This document shows, in pieces, positions 36,701 through 46,675 of a stretch of 64,000 nucleotides of DNA. The notes beneath the pieces were generated by a model, which made no database searches, had not been told where the DNA came from, and worked only from the letters and a program-made list of their open reading frames with translations. The position numbers were made by a program, and so were the translations under genes. Origin of the DNA: a virus; IMG/VR virus record IMGVR_UViG_3300032265_001314, positions 1-64,000 of that record, one strand, 5' to 3'. The first letter of the stretch is position 1, and each line of letters starts with the position of its first letter.

Positions 36701-37819
36701 TTACTTACTTTGATTTATGGTTATCTTGGTTCCATTTTGGTTATTAACATTCTGCACTATCGTCACTCCATCTTGTACGAGAGTGAGGGTGCTGGGAGAA
36801 TCCTTATCTAGATTCACAGAAGCAACGTGTCCAGGAGCGATCCTATATAGAGTCAGATTAGTATCTACGAGCATATACTTTAATCCTGCTGCTTTATTAG
36901 GCGGGTACTTAGGCAACATCGTATTGAATGAACTAAGTTGATCGTCTAATAACTGGCTGTTTAATAAATCTAGCATATTTATTAAGAAGCTAGAGTTGTC
37001 CAAATAAGCCATATCTAGCATACTCTGTTGTGTAACGAATGCATCGTCTAGCATACCTGCTGTGTCTAAGAATTTTTGATCTAGGAAATTGATATCCAGT
37101 GCATTTTTATTATTATCTGCTCCTTTTGCTACTTGCTTTACCTGTTTAGGAGGAGTAACAATTAATAGGTTATTGATCTGATCGGGATTGAGATCTAATA
37201 TAACAGGTTTACTGGGTTTGCTTTCTCTGCTAGCCACTGTAGTAGATTGAAAAGCTTTGTTGAGTATTATCGTGCCCATACCCGTGTTTACACTAATCTC
37301 TCCGACCTTACAGTCTTTTTCTATATCTTTAAACCCAGTAGGGCAGCTTGGAAGAAGTATGGCTAAGGTCCTGCCTAGCTCATCTACCGTGAGAGTAAAG
37401 TCTGTCCCACGAACACCGATAGTCGCGCTAGGTGTATCTATCTTTATGCTTTCAGGAGTATGTTTGGCTATCTGACCGCTAGCAAAACGGGCAGTTCCCA
37501 TCGCTACTTTCATACCAAGCTTACCAGCATCGCTTGTGGTATCATCGTAGACAAAACTATCTATTAAGAGTCTGCTCTGTTCGGTTATCTCTACTAGGCT
37601 ATCATCTTTAAAAGTTATCCTAGTTTTGCTTTTAGCTGTAACGATAGTATCGTCCATTTCAACTTCTGTATTGATATTAGTCGGGGTGCTCTTCTTGTCT
37701 CTCTGTAGTTCAGTGAGACCTGTTTGCTCTGTGATTTTACCTACAGATGTTGCTAAAGACTCAGTTTCCGCTATGAACAGAAATAGTATTGTTAGAGCCG
37801 TTGCTCTTAATTTGTACAT
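36701..37819 (-). CDS. FecR-domain periplasmic protein
   Basis: ITFKDDSLVEITEQSRLLID, TPSATIGVRGTDF. Confidence 0.85.
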   Translation of the reverse strand: MYKLRATALTILFLFIAETESLATSVGKITEQTGLTELQRDKKSTPTNINTEVEMDDTIVTAKSKTRITFKDDSLVEITEQSRLLIDSFVYDDTTSDAGKLGMKVAMGTARFASGQIAKHTPESIKIDTPSATIGVRGTDFTLTVDELGRTLAILLPSCPTGFKDIEKDCKVGEISVNTGMGTIILNKAFQSTTVASRESKPSKPVILDLNPDQINNLLIVTPPKQVKQVAKGADNNKNALDINFLDQKFLDTAGMLDDAFVTQQSMLDMAYLDNSSFLINMLDLLNSQLLDDQLSSFNTMLPKYPPNKAAGLKYMLVDTNLTLYRIAPGHVASVNLDKDSPSTLTLVQDGVTIVQNVNNQNGTKITINQSK

Positions 37820-38447
37820 TGCTGTCTACCGATCCCGATTGGACTACACCTATCGTGTTAGTACTACCTGTAACACTTACACTTGCTACAAATCCGTTGG
37901 CACCAGCTGGACCATCTTGGCTTATATTAACGGCGTTGTACCCACCCACTATGCTGATATTGCTAACCGCACCTAAGAGATTATTGCTAGTATTATTGAT
38001 AAGGGTGCTGTTGTGATCACCCTGTATAGTTGTGCTGCTTTTGCTTTTTGCACCAGTAGTAGTATTAATAGAGTTGTTTCCACCTTCTGCATTGGCGACT
38101 ATGATAGCATCAGTACAGGAAGATCCAGCACCGCCGCCTGCACCTGTTCCGCAGTTTACAGTTACAGTATTAACACTACCGTTTACGTTTGAAGTTAGGC
38201 TAGCGCCATCGCCTTGTATAGTAAAGTCACCTACGTTTCCACTGCCTATCTGTGAGATATTAATGATTTGGTTGTTACCGTGGAACACATTGTTTTTGAG
38301 TTCTGTACCAGCAGCATTGTTTGAGCCCGATTGCGTAATCGTGATCGTGCTGTTGCTTCCATTTTGATCCATATAGACGCTGTTCACGGTTTGAGCGAAA
38401 GCGTTTGTAGATAAGAAAATTAATGCTGCTGCTACTAGGTATTTCAT
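37761..38447 (-). CDS. Curlin-repeat-like secreted protein (CsgA/CsgB-like)
   Basis: Signal peptide; repeated x-Q-x-G-x-x-N (MDQNGSNS, ITQSGSNN, ISQIGSGN, IQGDHN). Confidence 0.78.
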   Translation of the reverse strand: MKYLVAAALIFLSTNAFAQTVNSVYMDQNGSNSTITITQSGSNNAAGTELKNNVFHGNNQIINISQIGSGNVGDFTIQGDGASLTSNVNGSVNTVTVNCGTGAGGGAGSSCTDAIIVANAEGGNNSINTTTGAKSKSSTTIQGDHNSTLINNTSNNLLGAVSNISIVGGYNAVNISQDGPAGANGFVASVSVTGSTNTIGVVQSGSVDSNVQIKSNGSNNTISVHSGN

Positions 38448-39304
38448 TTTTTAGCTCCGTCGGGCTTAGTACTCTTAGGGACGGCAAATGCCCATAATTT
38501 TTTCGCCGCGCCCTGTTTTATCAGATCTGCTACAGCTTCTTCAGTAGCAAGACGAACAGCATAGGTACTCTGTTCGTTCATGTTGTAACCAGACTCAAGC
38601 TGTATGCTCATTGTGTTCTGATCAATAAACTTCATCACGTTTCCGCTCACGCCTGCACTAAGTATGGTTTTAGTAGCACCTGAAGTAACTAATACTTCAC
38701 CAGTGGATACGCTTATTAATCGCATAACAACAGTAACCACGTCTGTCCTATACTGTGCAGAAGCACCGATACCAAGCATAGCAGCTCCAGCGCCACCGGA
38801 AGCTATATTACTATCGTATCCAATTATGCCACCTTCGATCATAACACCCGCGACTAGTAGGGGGCTAAGTGGTTTAGCTTCTTTACCTTCGTAAGTTTCA
38901 CGTTGGCTACGTATAAGCTGTCTTTCTTTAACTAGGTTGTCTAATCCTACCCTTTCAATAACTTGGAACCATTTTCCCTTGCCAGCGTCCTGTAGTGCTT
39001 TGATAAGGAATACTTCAGCACCTTGTGTTACTGCGCTGCTCAATACGGCTACAGTGTCGTTTGGTTTCCTCTGCCCTGTCTTGTCACTAAAATTATAAAC
39101 TGCGATAGTTATAGGATCTCCTGCTAATGCAGGAATATCTGCTAGCGGACTTCGTCGAAGCTTTGTTATAGGTTGGGCAGTTGGTGAAGGGACTCCACTA
39201 TCGTTATCATTTATAGTATCAGCGATCCTGTCTAAGGTCTTGTTGCTGACACACCCTGCTAATAGCATCGCTACCAACGGTATCAAGAGGAAAGATTTTT
39301 TCAT
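38444..39304 (-). CDS. csgG: Curli secretion channel lipoprotein CsgG/HfaB
   Basis: LLAG-C lipobox; AVYNFSDKTGQRKP, SSAVTQGA, WFQVIERVGLDNLVKERQLIR. Confidence 0.93.
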   Translation of the reverse strand: MKKSFLLIPLVAMLLAGCVSNKTLDRIADTINDNDSGVPSPTAQPITKLRRSPLADIPALAGDPITIAVYNFSDKTGQRKPNDTVAVLSSAVTQGAEVFLIKALQDAGKGKWFQVIERVGLDNLVKERQLIRSQRETYEGKEAKPLSPLLVAGVMIEGGIIGYDSNIASGGAGAAMLGIGASAQYRTDVVTVVMRLISVSTGEVLVTSGATKTILSAGVSGNVMKFIDQNTMSIQLESGYNMNEQSTYAVRLATEEAVADLIKQGAAKKLWAFAVPKSTKPDGAKK

Positions 39305-39759
39305 TAGAATTTAAATCCTCCCATCGGAACTGATAGATTTGTTTGATTACCGCTTTGATCTGTTATGGTAAGATTAATAGTATTAGTAGACAGATCCTGC
39401 ACCCAACTAATAGTGCTACCTTGGAAATCCATAGATCCTGATGTACTAGTTCCGCTAAACATAGCATTGCTTAACTGCAAACTCAGCTGTGCATATATGC
39501 GAGATTCTAAGTTGTTGAGAAACTTCTGTAGGTTGGTATTTTGCAATGCGGCTTTAACAGCGTCTGCATCGGCTTTGCGCTGCGCATCACGGGCCTGCTG
39601 TCGAGTATACTCTTCGTTCTCAATCGTGAGCACTTGTGATCCCCAACCTATGCCAGAAAATGTTGGATTCTTAAACTGGAATACCATTTCACTAGAAAAC
39701 GCAGGTGCAGGAGAAATAAACACAAGGCAGGCTATTATATATGAATAGTATTTGACCAT
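39304..39759 (-). CDS. csgF: Curli assembly protein CsgF
   Basis: Signal peptide then SEMVFQFKNPTFSG; FLNNLESRIYAQLS; adjacent to csgG. Confidence 0.85.
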   Translation of the reverse strand: MVKYYSYIIACLVFISPAPAFSSEMVFQFKNPTFSGIGWGSQVLTIENEEYTRQQARDAQRKADADAVKAALQNTNLQKFLNNLESRIYAQLSLQLSNAMFSGTSTSGSMDFQGSTISWVQDLSTNTINLTITDQSGNQTNLSVPMGGFKF

Positions 39760-39815
39760 AACAACTCCTCTGTTATTTAAACATTATACACGTATTTAAT
39801 CAGATAATATAATGA

Positions 39816-41117
39816 TTAGGATGCTTTACAGACGAATTCCTCAAACTTTCCGTTGGGAGGGAGTGGCCATTCCTTTTCATAACGTGTAACCGTATAGGTA
39901 AATGCATCACCTAGTGCCTTACGAGCGATAGCTATTAGAGCTTCTCTCTGTGTCTCCGTTATAGGATCGTCTGTTACTATCTTATATTCGATCATTTCTC
40001 TGCTGTGCTGTATGACCTGATACTTGCGTATGATAAAGTCTAGCTCGTCAAAGTTATACATACCAACCATGGGCCAATAGCGCCTACCATCCGGCTGTAT
40101 GATTAGATTGCGTTCTCTACCTACTACACGCTTTAGTGTTAGCAATCCTCTACCACAACTGCATTCCGGTCCACGTTCAGCATAGTCGCCTATAGAATAG
40201 CGTATCATTGGACTAGCATAATTGTGTAGATCAGTAACTACTACCCTGCCAATAGACCCCGCTGTGACTGGAGCACCTCGATCGTCTACAACTTCTACTA
40301 CGAGATTTTGATCCATAGTATGATAGAGATCGCTGTCTGGGCATTTAGCTGCGATAGAACCCATCTCTTGGCTGCTATATGAATCTTCGATATCTAATCC
40401 AAATAGCTGCTTAGTCCTAACTCTGAGGCTATCGCTAACAGTCTCGCCTATAGTTTTGATATGTTTAAGTTTGAACTGGGGAATATCCTTCTCCCATATA
40501 TCTAGCAGGGCCTTTAGATTGTTGGGATATACGATGAGGATGTTAGGATTAAAGCCGCGCAATAGCCTATCTTGTTCTTTGATATCAGTCCATATATTGA
40601 TAGACAGCATAGGTCCAGTTTCGTGCATTAGCGCATAAGGAGCACCCCAGTTAGATATTTCTTTATTTTCATGGTGTCCTGCTCGTATAGAAGCTAACCT
40701 TGACTTAAAGTCTCTCTTGTGCCAAAGTATCTCTTGATAGTTGAATGCGTAGAAGAACTGTGCTACTGTATCTGTAGCTTTGATTACTACAGGTTCGCCT
40801 GTTGACCCTGAGGTCTTGACTACGCCCGGCTTGCCGTGATCCTTTGGTACTTCTCTAGCAAAGAAACTTTCACCTGCCGATTGTATATCTCTACGAGAAA
40901 GCAAAGGTAGGGCAGTGATATTATCTACCGATATACCTTTAGGCTGTAATCCGGACACTCTTATGCGTTCTAGGAACCATTCACTGTTCTTCACGTGATG
41001 ATTTACTAATGACTTGAGCTTTACGGTCTGTATATCCCTAAGAGCCTTGGGAGTATACCACTGAAGCTGTGATAGAGTAGCCGTTAATGTCTTGAGTGCT
41101 TCTATCTTACTTGCCAT
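39816..41117 (-). CDS. Phenylacetate-CoA ligase-like (ANL) adenylating enzyme
   Basis: KTSGSTGEP, YSSQEMG, VVTDLHNYASPMIRYSIGD, CSCGRG, GRE. Confidence 0.88.
   Translation of the reverse strand: MASKIEALKTLTATLSQLQWYTPKALRDIQTVKLKSLVNHHVKNSEWFLERIRVSGLQPKGISVDNITALPLLSRRDIQSAGESFFAREVPKDHGKPGVVKTSGSTGEPVVIKATDTVAQFFYAFNYQEILWHKRDFKSRLASIRAGHHENKEISNWGAPYALMHETGPMLSINIWTDIKEQDRLLRGFNPNILIVYPNNLKALLDIWEKDIPQFKLKHIKTIGETVSDSLRVRTKQLFGLDIEDSYSSQEMGSIAAKCPDSDLYHTMDQNLVVEVVDDRGAPVTAGSIGRVVVTDLHNYASPMIRYSIGDYAERGPECSCGRGLLTLKRVVGRERNLIIQPDGRRYWPMVGMYNFDELDFIIRKYQVIQHSREMIEYKIVTDDPITETQREALIAIARKALGDAFTYTVTRYEKEWPLPPNGKFEEFVCKAS
40254..40265. repeat. 12-mer AGACCCCGCTGT, copy 1 (inside CDS)
   Basis: Exact copies at 44889, 60724 and 62949. 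Confidence 0.85.
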
Positions 41118-41877
41118 CTTTTTTCCAAACTATGATAGGGCAAGTGTCTGCTAGATCATATCCTGTAGTTTCTACAAAATCTGCAATATCAAATACACAC
41201 ACCCACTGCTGCCTGTCTGGCACAAAAGTCACTGTGTCTATGTTTTCATATAGATCTATCGTATTGATATCATCTATATTCCATCCCGTGCTCATGGCAA
41301 CATATTTTCGATCCAGTGCTATCTCATTAAATAGATCTCTAACTTTTGCTAGCTCAACTGGTCCGTTATTTTTTGCTGCTATATAATAGACCATCTTCCA
41401 TTTGAATCCGTTCCATCCTAACCCAGTGCGGGCTTGTAGGTCGTATTTTAATTCTTCTATCGTAACTGGTATCCTTGGGCGTTCAAACACACGCTGTATC
41501 AATCGACCATTTGGTTTTAACCAAAGCTTACACTTGTTTGCAAAGTTAACCATATTGTCTAATTTACCTAACAGTCCCAAAGCACCGTCACTTATGATAT
41601 TTCCAAACTGTCCTGGAGACCAAGTCATTGTTTTCCAATCAGCTAGAATGGCTTTTTTGGATTCGGTATCTCCGGGCCAAACAGTATCTATCATGTGTTG
41701 ATTAACATCTACTGCTAGCAGGTTATCAAATAGCGGATGGAATTCCGGTGTTACACCTAGCAATAGAGTCTCACCCGTAACACAGAGATCTCGCATCTGC
41801 TGTGCTACTTGAGTAGTAGGACGCAATGGTGGTGCTAGTCTATTCCAGCTAGCACTATGCTTGGGTAATGGATTCAT
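41107..41877 (-). CDS. SAM-dependent methyltransferase-like protein
   Basis: LLLGVTPE, LAVD, ILADW, IISDG, LKPNGRL. Confidence 0.6.
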   Translation of the reverse strand: MNPLPKHSASWNRLAPPLRPTTQVAQQMRDLCVTGETLLLGVTPEFHPLFDNLLAVDVNQHMIDTVWPGDTESKKAILADWKTMTWSPGQFGNIISDGALGLLGKLDNMVNFANKCKLWLKPNGRLIQRVFERPRIPVTIEELKYDLQARTGLGWNGFKWKMVYYIAAKNNGPVELAKVRDLFNEIALDRKYVAMSTGWNIDDINTIDLYENIDTVTFVPDRQQWVCVFDIADFVETTGYDLADTCPIIVWKKDGK

Positions 41878-42466
41878 TTTGTTTCCCTAATAGATAGTTA
41901 AGAACCATTCCATATAGTGGAACGATGATCGCCGATGCAAATATCAGCTTGCCAAGCACACCGTTAGTGGCTACTTCAAACCAATGCTCTGCCATAAATG
42001 CGTTTGCACTTCCAATAAATGCTGCTGCGAAGAACAAGTATGTTGATAGCGCCATCATAACATTGCCACTAATTAATGGAGCGATCCACCACTGTGTATA
42101 CTTTTCGCGTAGAAACTGGAATACATATACATCTAGTAACTGTGCTACAATGTAGCTAAATCCACTAGCAAGGGCTACTCGTACAGCGACCGATTCCGGA
42201 GCACCACTAGCCATTATAACTAGTATGCTAGCGAGGATACCTGGGATAAAACTTACTGCCACTACTAGCCTAGCCGTGTTCTTGCCTATCAATCTTACCG
42301 TTAGATCAGTTAGCAAGAATACCAATGGGTAGACTAACGTACTGTAGGCAATCGGACTATCAAACACCGTAAATTTGAAGTTAACTAAAAAGTTGCTAAA
42401 TGCAATCACTGCTGTATGTAATAGCATTAATCGTAATAAAATATTCTTATCTATGTTGTTAAACAT
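41855..42466 (-). CDS. yhhQ: Queuosine precursor transporter (YhhQ/VUT family)
   Basis: SNFLVN, YPLVFLLTDLTVRLIG, RVALASGFSYIVAQLLDVYVF. Confidence 0.85.
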   Translation of the reverse strand: MFNNIDKNILLRLMLLHTAVIAFSNFLVNFKFTVFDSPIAYSTLVYPLVFLLTDLTVRLIGKNTARLVVAVSFIPGILASILVIMASGAPESVAVRVALASGFSYIVAQLLDVYVFQFLREKYTQWWIAPLISGNVMMALSTYLFFAAAFIGSANAFMAEHWFEVATNGVLGKLIFASAIIVPLYGMVLNYLLGKQNESITQA

Positions 42467-43338
42467 TAAATGGTTCCTTTCGCATTATCGTCTCGCCATT
42501 CCATTATTTCTTTGTGCTCGCTATCTATTAGCTCGCTATAGCTCATTGGTTTAGCTTTGCTATCACGCACGAATGCTAATAGAAATCTCTTGCCGAAACC
42601 GTAATGTTCTGGATATTCTTTCTTAAGCGTATTGTATCCTCGTATATCTTCCTTGTAACCCAAACGATTCATTATAATCTTGAGTGCGCCCATGCTGGGT
42701 AAGATCCCTAGTATGTTGCTGACTGCTTCGTGATTGTCATGATGCATCATCTTACCATTATCATTGTAGCTAACAAATGGGTAACCGTATTCAACACCGA
42801 GCATTAGCTTATGTAAGCTCTCATATGATTCTTCTCCCTTTAGTTTTCCTATCTCATTAATCAAAGGTAATAAAAAAGGGATAGGTGGATGTATGCTTTC
42901 GATCACTATAGTATTAGCACAAGTTGCCATAGCAGTTAGGACAGGAAGGAAATTGGTGATAGCGTGTAGCACTCCACCAATGATTATATAATCGTATTCT
43001 TCCAAATTGTTCTCAAGGAAGGTTTCACAGCTATCTGTTACGATATCCCAGTTATCTAAGTACCCATAATATTTGGTGAGATTTTGATCAGCGATAGCTG
43101 CCAATGGTTTGCTTATTTCCACACCTACATATTTCTTAGCTCCGTTGCTTAAAGCATATGCTCCAAATGCTCCTAGACAGCAACCTAAATCCAGCACTGA
43201 TTTATCTTTTAAAAACTGTGGGGGTATCCAAGCTTCATATCTTGCTAGCTGCGTTTCTGCAGTGAATTCCCGTTCGATAGCTTGATCAGTGCGTGGATCT
43301 CTAGTGATAAAGTCTGTCTGTGTTTCAAATATGTTCAA
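42466..43338 (-). CDS. Class I SAM-dependent methyltransferase
   Basis: VLDLGCCLG, VGVEIS, YDYIIIGGVLH. Confidence 0.85.
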   Translation of the reverse strand: MNIFETQTDFITRDPRTDQAIEREFTAETQLARYEAWIPPQFLKDKSVLDLGCCLGAFGAYALSNGAKKYVGVEISKPLAAIADQNLTKYYGYLDNWDIVTDSCETFLENNLEEYDYIIIGGVLHAITNFLPVLTAMATCANTIVIESIHPPIPFLLPLINEIGKLKGEESYESLHKLMLGVEYGYPFVSYNDNGKMMHHDNHEAVSNILGILPSMGALKIIMNRLGYKEDIRGYNTLKKEYPEHYGFGKRFLLAFVRDSKAKPMSYSELIDSEHKEIMEWRDDNAKGTI

Positions 43339-43741
43339 TGTTTATCTCTTCTTTCAAATAGCGTATGAGTTCCTTATCTGTGGGCTGTACTGAATAGTTT
43401 TGTTTAAAGAAGATCTCATAGCTATCGCTGCCATACTTACCGATACCGTAGAGGTCAGCAGCATTATTTCTATCCCAAGTTAAGAAATCTTGTGTCATCC
43501 TACGCAAACGTTTTTCGCGCACATTAACCATACCCAATGGTCTGATTACATCCTTAACAACATCTGGATCTGCGAGAAAATAGAAATGCATCTCCGTGGG
43601 CCAACGGGAAAGGAATTCCGGTAGCACAGTTTTTACAGGCTTCCGGCCCGTTTGGTTGAGCATAATTACACCAACCATATGCTGCCAAGCCCCATTGATC
43701 TGTTGCTGTACCATAAGATCATCGCGTAAAGGTTTAATCAA
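43325..43741 (-). CDS. HhH-GPD DNA glycosylase (MBD4-like)
   Basis: IMLNQT, IRPLGM, LYGIGKYGSDSY, PTDKEL. Confidence 0.85.
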   Translation of the reverse strand: MIKPLRDDLMVQQQINGAWQHMVGVIMLNQTGRKPVKTVLPEFLSRWPTEMHFYFLADPDVVKDVIRPLGMVNVREKRLRRMTQDFLTWDRNNAADLYGIGKYGSDSYEIFFKQNYSVQPTDKELIRYLKEEINIEHI

Positions 43742-44093
43742 GTGTGCGGCCCTCTGCTGCTAGACGTAGTAACATCTTATAGTTTTCCCAAGCTTTCTTT
43801 ACTGCTGGAACATTCTTACGAGTCCAATCTTCGTGCTCTCGCATCTCACGATAATCTCCTGGATCTCGACAATACTCTCGGAAGTGTTTCATATCTGTAT
43901 TCAACCTATCGAGATTGCTTTCAGTTATTTCGATAGTATACAGCCTTTCACTGTGATACTTTTCCATTTGCATTGCTTCCACAGCAGTCATGTCTATCCG
44001 ATATGATAACGGCAAACGCATCACAGGAGCTCGGCGGTGGCTATCTACGATCCTCAGTTGATAGTGATTATATAAGTCGTCCATATCATTCAT
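43734..44093 (-). CDS. Hypothetical protein
   Basis: PAVKKAWENY motif. Confidence 0.6.
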   Translation of the reverse strand: MNDMDDLYNHYQLRIVDSHRRAPVMRLPLSYRIDMTAVEAMQMEKYHSERLYTIEITESNLDRLNTDMKHFREYCRDPGDYREMREHEDWTRKNVPAVKKAWENYKMLLRLAAEGRTLD

Positions 44094-44311
44094 TTAGGCA
44101 CTCTATATCCAGTTTGAACGTTTTCGTCGTCGTATACTCTGGGACAGACATCTCCCCAGCGCAATAAAAATTCAGTAAGCAACGGACCTTTAGGCATCCA
44201 AAACCTAGTCCTGTTGATGTGTGATTCTCGATTGATATTGTTTTCTCTCAACCAAGTAAGTACTTCTACGAAATGTTCATCTCTAGAATATACAGCAAAC
44301 TGTCTGAACAT
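44090..44311 (-). CDS. FLLRW-family small protein
   Basis: V..WL...EFLLRWG. Confidence 0.65.
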   Translation of the reverse strand: MFRQFAVYSRDEHFVEVLTWLRENNINRESHINRTRFWMPKGPLLTEFLLRWGDVCPRVYDDENVQTGYRVPK

Positions 44312-44312
44312 T

Positions 44313-44540
44313 TCATTCTTTATCCTTCCGCCATTCTGGATCTATCTTGCGTATCACATCGTGTATCTTCTTAGGACTAACACTAGCATATCTGTTGCCG
44401 TTAGTGCAAGCAATGACATCATATTTTTCTGTCAAAGATTTTACTTCTTTAACAAACTCGCGCAGCTGTTCGATCTCTGTGTTAGCATTATCTAACTTAG
44501 CCTGTGTGCTACACGCTTCGTTAAGCCAGTAATTGTCCAT
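44313..44540 (-). CDS. Hypothetical protein
   Basis: GGAG SD in the upstream gene end. Confidence 0.55.
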   Translation of the reverse strand: MDNYWLNEACSTQAKLDNANTEIEQLREFVKEVKSLTEKYDVIACTNGNRYASVSPKKIHDVIRKIDPEWRKDKE

Positions 44541-44541
44541 T

Positions 44542-45363
44542 TTATATCTCCACAATAAGGTTAGGATTAAATCCATTCGTCTCTCCTGGATATCCTCTAG
44601 GGTTACAAACGATACGGGTGTCGCCGATCATATAGTCCCAACAGTCGTGTACGTGTCCGTGGACCCATAATTTGATCTGAGGATGATCAACAATATACTC
44701 ATCAAGTCTATTAACAAATGCGTGATTCATTACATCTTGATTCTTGTACTTTGGATGTATGCTGCTATGTGATGGAGCGTGATGCCCAAGCACTACCACT
44801 TTGCCGTCCCAGCCGCGCACACCTTCCTTAATAAATTCTACTGCATATCTATTAGCTTTAACTGTATCGATAGGCCGCAGCTTATGATAGACCCCGCTGT
44901 TCTCGATAGTGATAGCACGGTAGTCAGTCATCATAAATCTAACACCCTCCATCGTCAATGGATCGGCATTGTTAATATCAGTCCATAGGCTAGTGCCAAT
45001 GATACGGGTATCACCTATATTGAGCCAAGTGTTATCCATCATAGTGATGTTTGGCCAAGGCTCAAGCGCATCCCTTAATCTTTCGGCTGTGTTATTCCAT
45101 CTACCGTGATAGTATTCGTGATTACCCATGATATAATAGACAGTATCAAACTCTAAGCTGATATGATTGAAAAACTCGCGATAACGTTCGGCATCTTTAG
45201 CATAGAATCCATTGTTAGGTAACCCATATGTTGCTGGATTTTTATAAAGATGATCTACCACGCAGATATCGCCAGCGAGCACAAGTGCATCTGCTCCAGC
45301 ATTAACGATTGTAGGCGGATCGCGGAATTCTAGATGTAAATCACTAATTATCTGCAGTTTCAT
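44542..45363 (-). CDS. Calcineurin-like metallophosphoesterase
   Basis: SDLHLE, LAGDI, GNHEYY, HHAPS, HGHVH, NPRGY. Confidence 0.92.
   Translation of the reverse strand: MKLQIISDLHLEFRDPPTIVNAGADALVLAGDICVVDHLYKNPATYGLPNNGFYAKDAERYREFFNHISLEFDTVYYIMGNHEYYHGRWNNTAERLRDALEPWPNITMMDNTWLNIGDTRIIGTSLWTDINNADPLTMEGVRFMMTDYRAITIENSGVYHKLRPIDTVKANRYAVEFIKEGVRGWDGKVVVLGHHAPSHSSIHPKYKNQDVMNHAFVNRLDEYIVDHPQIKLWVHGHVHDCWDYMIGDTRIVCNPRGYPGETNGFNPNLIVEI
44889..44900. repeat. 12-mer AGACCCCGCTGT, copy 2 (inside CDS)
   Basis: Exact match, read in a different codon frame from copy 1. Confidence 0.85.
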
Positions 45364-45647
45364 TTCTTTTTCCTCGGATTCCGATAGTATCCATAGTAGA
45401 TTTTTTTTAGTTTTTCAAGCTCAGGATGATCATGTATCCACTGCCCTGTATGAGGCGCAAACTTTTCTCGGAAGAAATCATCTAACAGCTCGTTATCGGT
45501 ACTTATCTGTACGTTGATAGCTTCAGCTAGAGAATCGAAATCACCATCACTTATAATGCTATCGTTTTCAAATTCATACGCATACGCCGCAACAGAAAGA
45601 CGGATCCTGTTGCGGCGCTCTACTTCAATAGGAGATCCCCACATCAA
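45360..45647 (-). CDS. Small protein resembling the NAD-dependent DNA ligase N-terminal (Ia) subdomain
   Basis: AYAYEFENDSIISDGDFD. Confidence 0.55.
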   Translation of the reverse strand: MMWGSPIEVERRNRIRLSVAAYAYEFENDSIISDGDFDSLAEAINVQISTDNELLDDFFREKFAPHTGQWIHDHPELEKLKKIYYGYYRNPRKKK

Positions 45648-46093
45648 AAATCTCCAGGTGCAACCTGCAGAACACGAACACCTGCCTCACGAACGGCATC
45701 CACAACCTGCTTGCGATCATCTACCCACAGCCAAGGCCAACCCCAATCACATTGGATATCGTGCAGCAGCTCAACCTTAACGATTGAGTCTTTGCGGTTG
45801 TCCTTCTCCGCTCTCATGTACAGATCATCGTAGTAGACATTGTTATCCTTCAGCCACTTCTCAGTGACTGCACGGGTCTCGCTACCACGTCCACTGCACA
45901 GAATGATACGGGTCGTGCCCTCAGCTTCAAACTGATTCAGCATCCATAAGATATCCTCATAGACAGTATCCAGATGCATTGCAGCATTCCAAGCAGCCCA
46001 GTTTTTAGGTTTGCTTGCGACCCAGTGGCGACGATGGTCTACGTTAGCTAACGTGCCATCGATATCAAATACGATTACCTTACCTACAAACAT
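45644..46093 (-). CDS. HAD phosphatase (T4 PseT/PNK 3'-phosphatase-like)
   Basis: FDIDGTLA, CSGR, LYMR..DNRKDSIVK, VDDRKQVV, VLQVAPGDF. Confidence 0.9.
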   Translation of the reverse strand: MFVGKVIVFDIDGTLANVDHRRHWVASKPKNWAAWNAAMHLDTVYEDILWMLNQFEAEGTTRIILCSGRGSETRAVTEKWLKDNNVYYDDLYMRAEKDNRKDSIVKVELLHDIQCDWGWPWLWVDDRKQVVDAVREAGVRVLQVAPGDF

Positions 46094-46331
46094 TGGTGGT
46101 TTCATTGAGGAGTTGCTGCGCTGCATCATAGGTGAGATAGTATTCCATTAGTGTTTCTATAGCAGCAACCCAGCGGCGATCAGCAGTTAAATCTTCAGAT
46201 TCAAAAGGTTTAATATCATCCCCTTTGGCTTCTAAAGCTGCTATCTCGCTTTTCAACCCTCGCCAATCCTGGATAAGGATATCACGGAATAGTGCTTCGG
46301 CTGTTTCGTTTTCAATCGTTATATTAAACAT
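46080..46331 (-). CDS. Hypothetical protein
   Basis: Operon packing, SD. Confidence 0.55.
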   Translation of the reverse strand: MFNITIENETAEALFRDILIQDWRGLKSEIAALEAKGDDIKPFESEDLTADRRWVAAIETLMEYYLTYDAAQQLLNETTNVCR

Positions 46332-46342
46332 TCCATCCTCTA

Positions 46343-46675
46343 TTAGTTTATAACCCCGTACAGATCTACTGCTATGTTAGTAGTCCAAAATTCTATCTTT
46401 AAAGCCTGACCCTCGTGATGATAGCCACTTAGGCTCAACATCATAGTGATCTCTTTCCAAACCTTATCACGCTGTTCACGATCATCAAATTCCATATGGA
46501 AATGTATCTTGCGTAATGTACCACCATACTCATAAGACTTAAAGTTTGGTGGTGTGTTCCAAGAACCCCAACGCGGCAGCTGCCTTGTTTTAGCTTTGGC
46601 TTTGTCTAAACCGTGTTTGATGAGGATAGAATTAACTATCTTCCTCAGCTTTTTGGTGCTCAGAGGTTGGGACAC
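46343..46675 (-). CDS. Hypothetical protein
   Basis: Operon packing. Confidence 0.55.
   Translation of the reverse strand: MSQPLSTKKLRKIVNSILIKHGLDKAKAKTRQLPRWGSWNTPPNFKSYEYGGTLRKIHFHMEFDDREQRDKVWKEITMMLSLSGYHHEGQALKIEFWTTNIAVDLYGVIN

Noticed and set aside
42460-42520. preQ1 riboswitch upstream of yhhQ
   Set aside because: The yhhQ start overlaps the upstream stop (TAATG), leaving no leader
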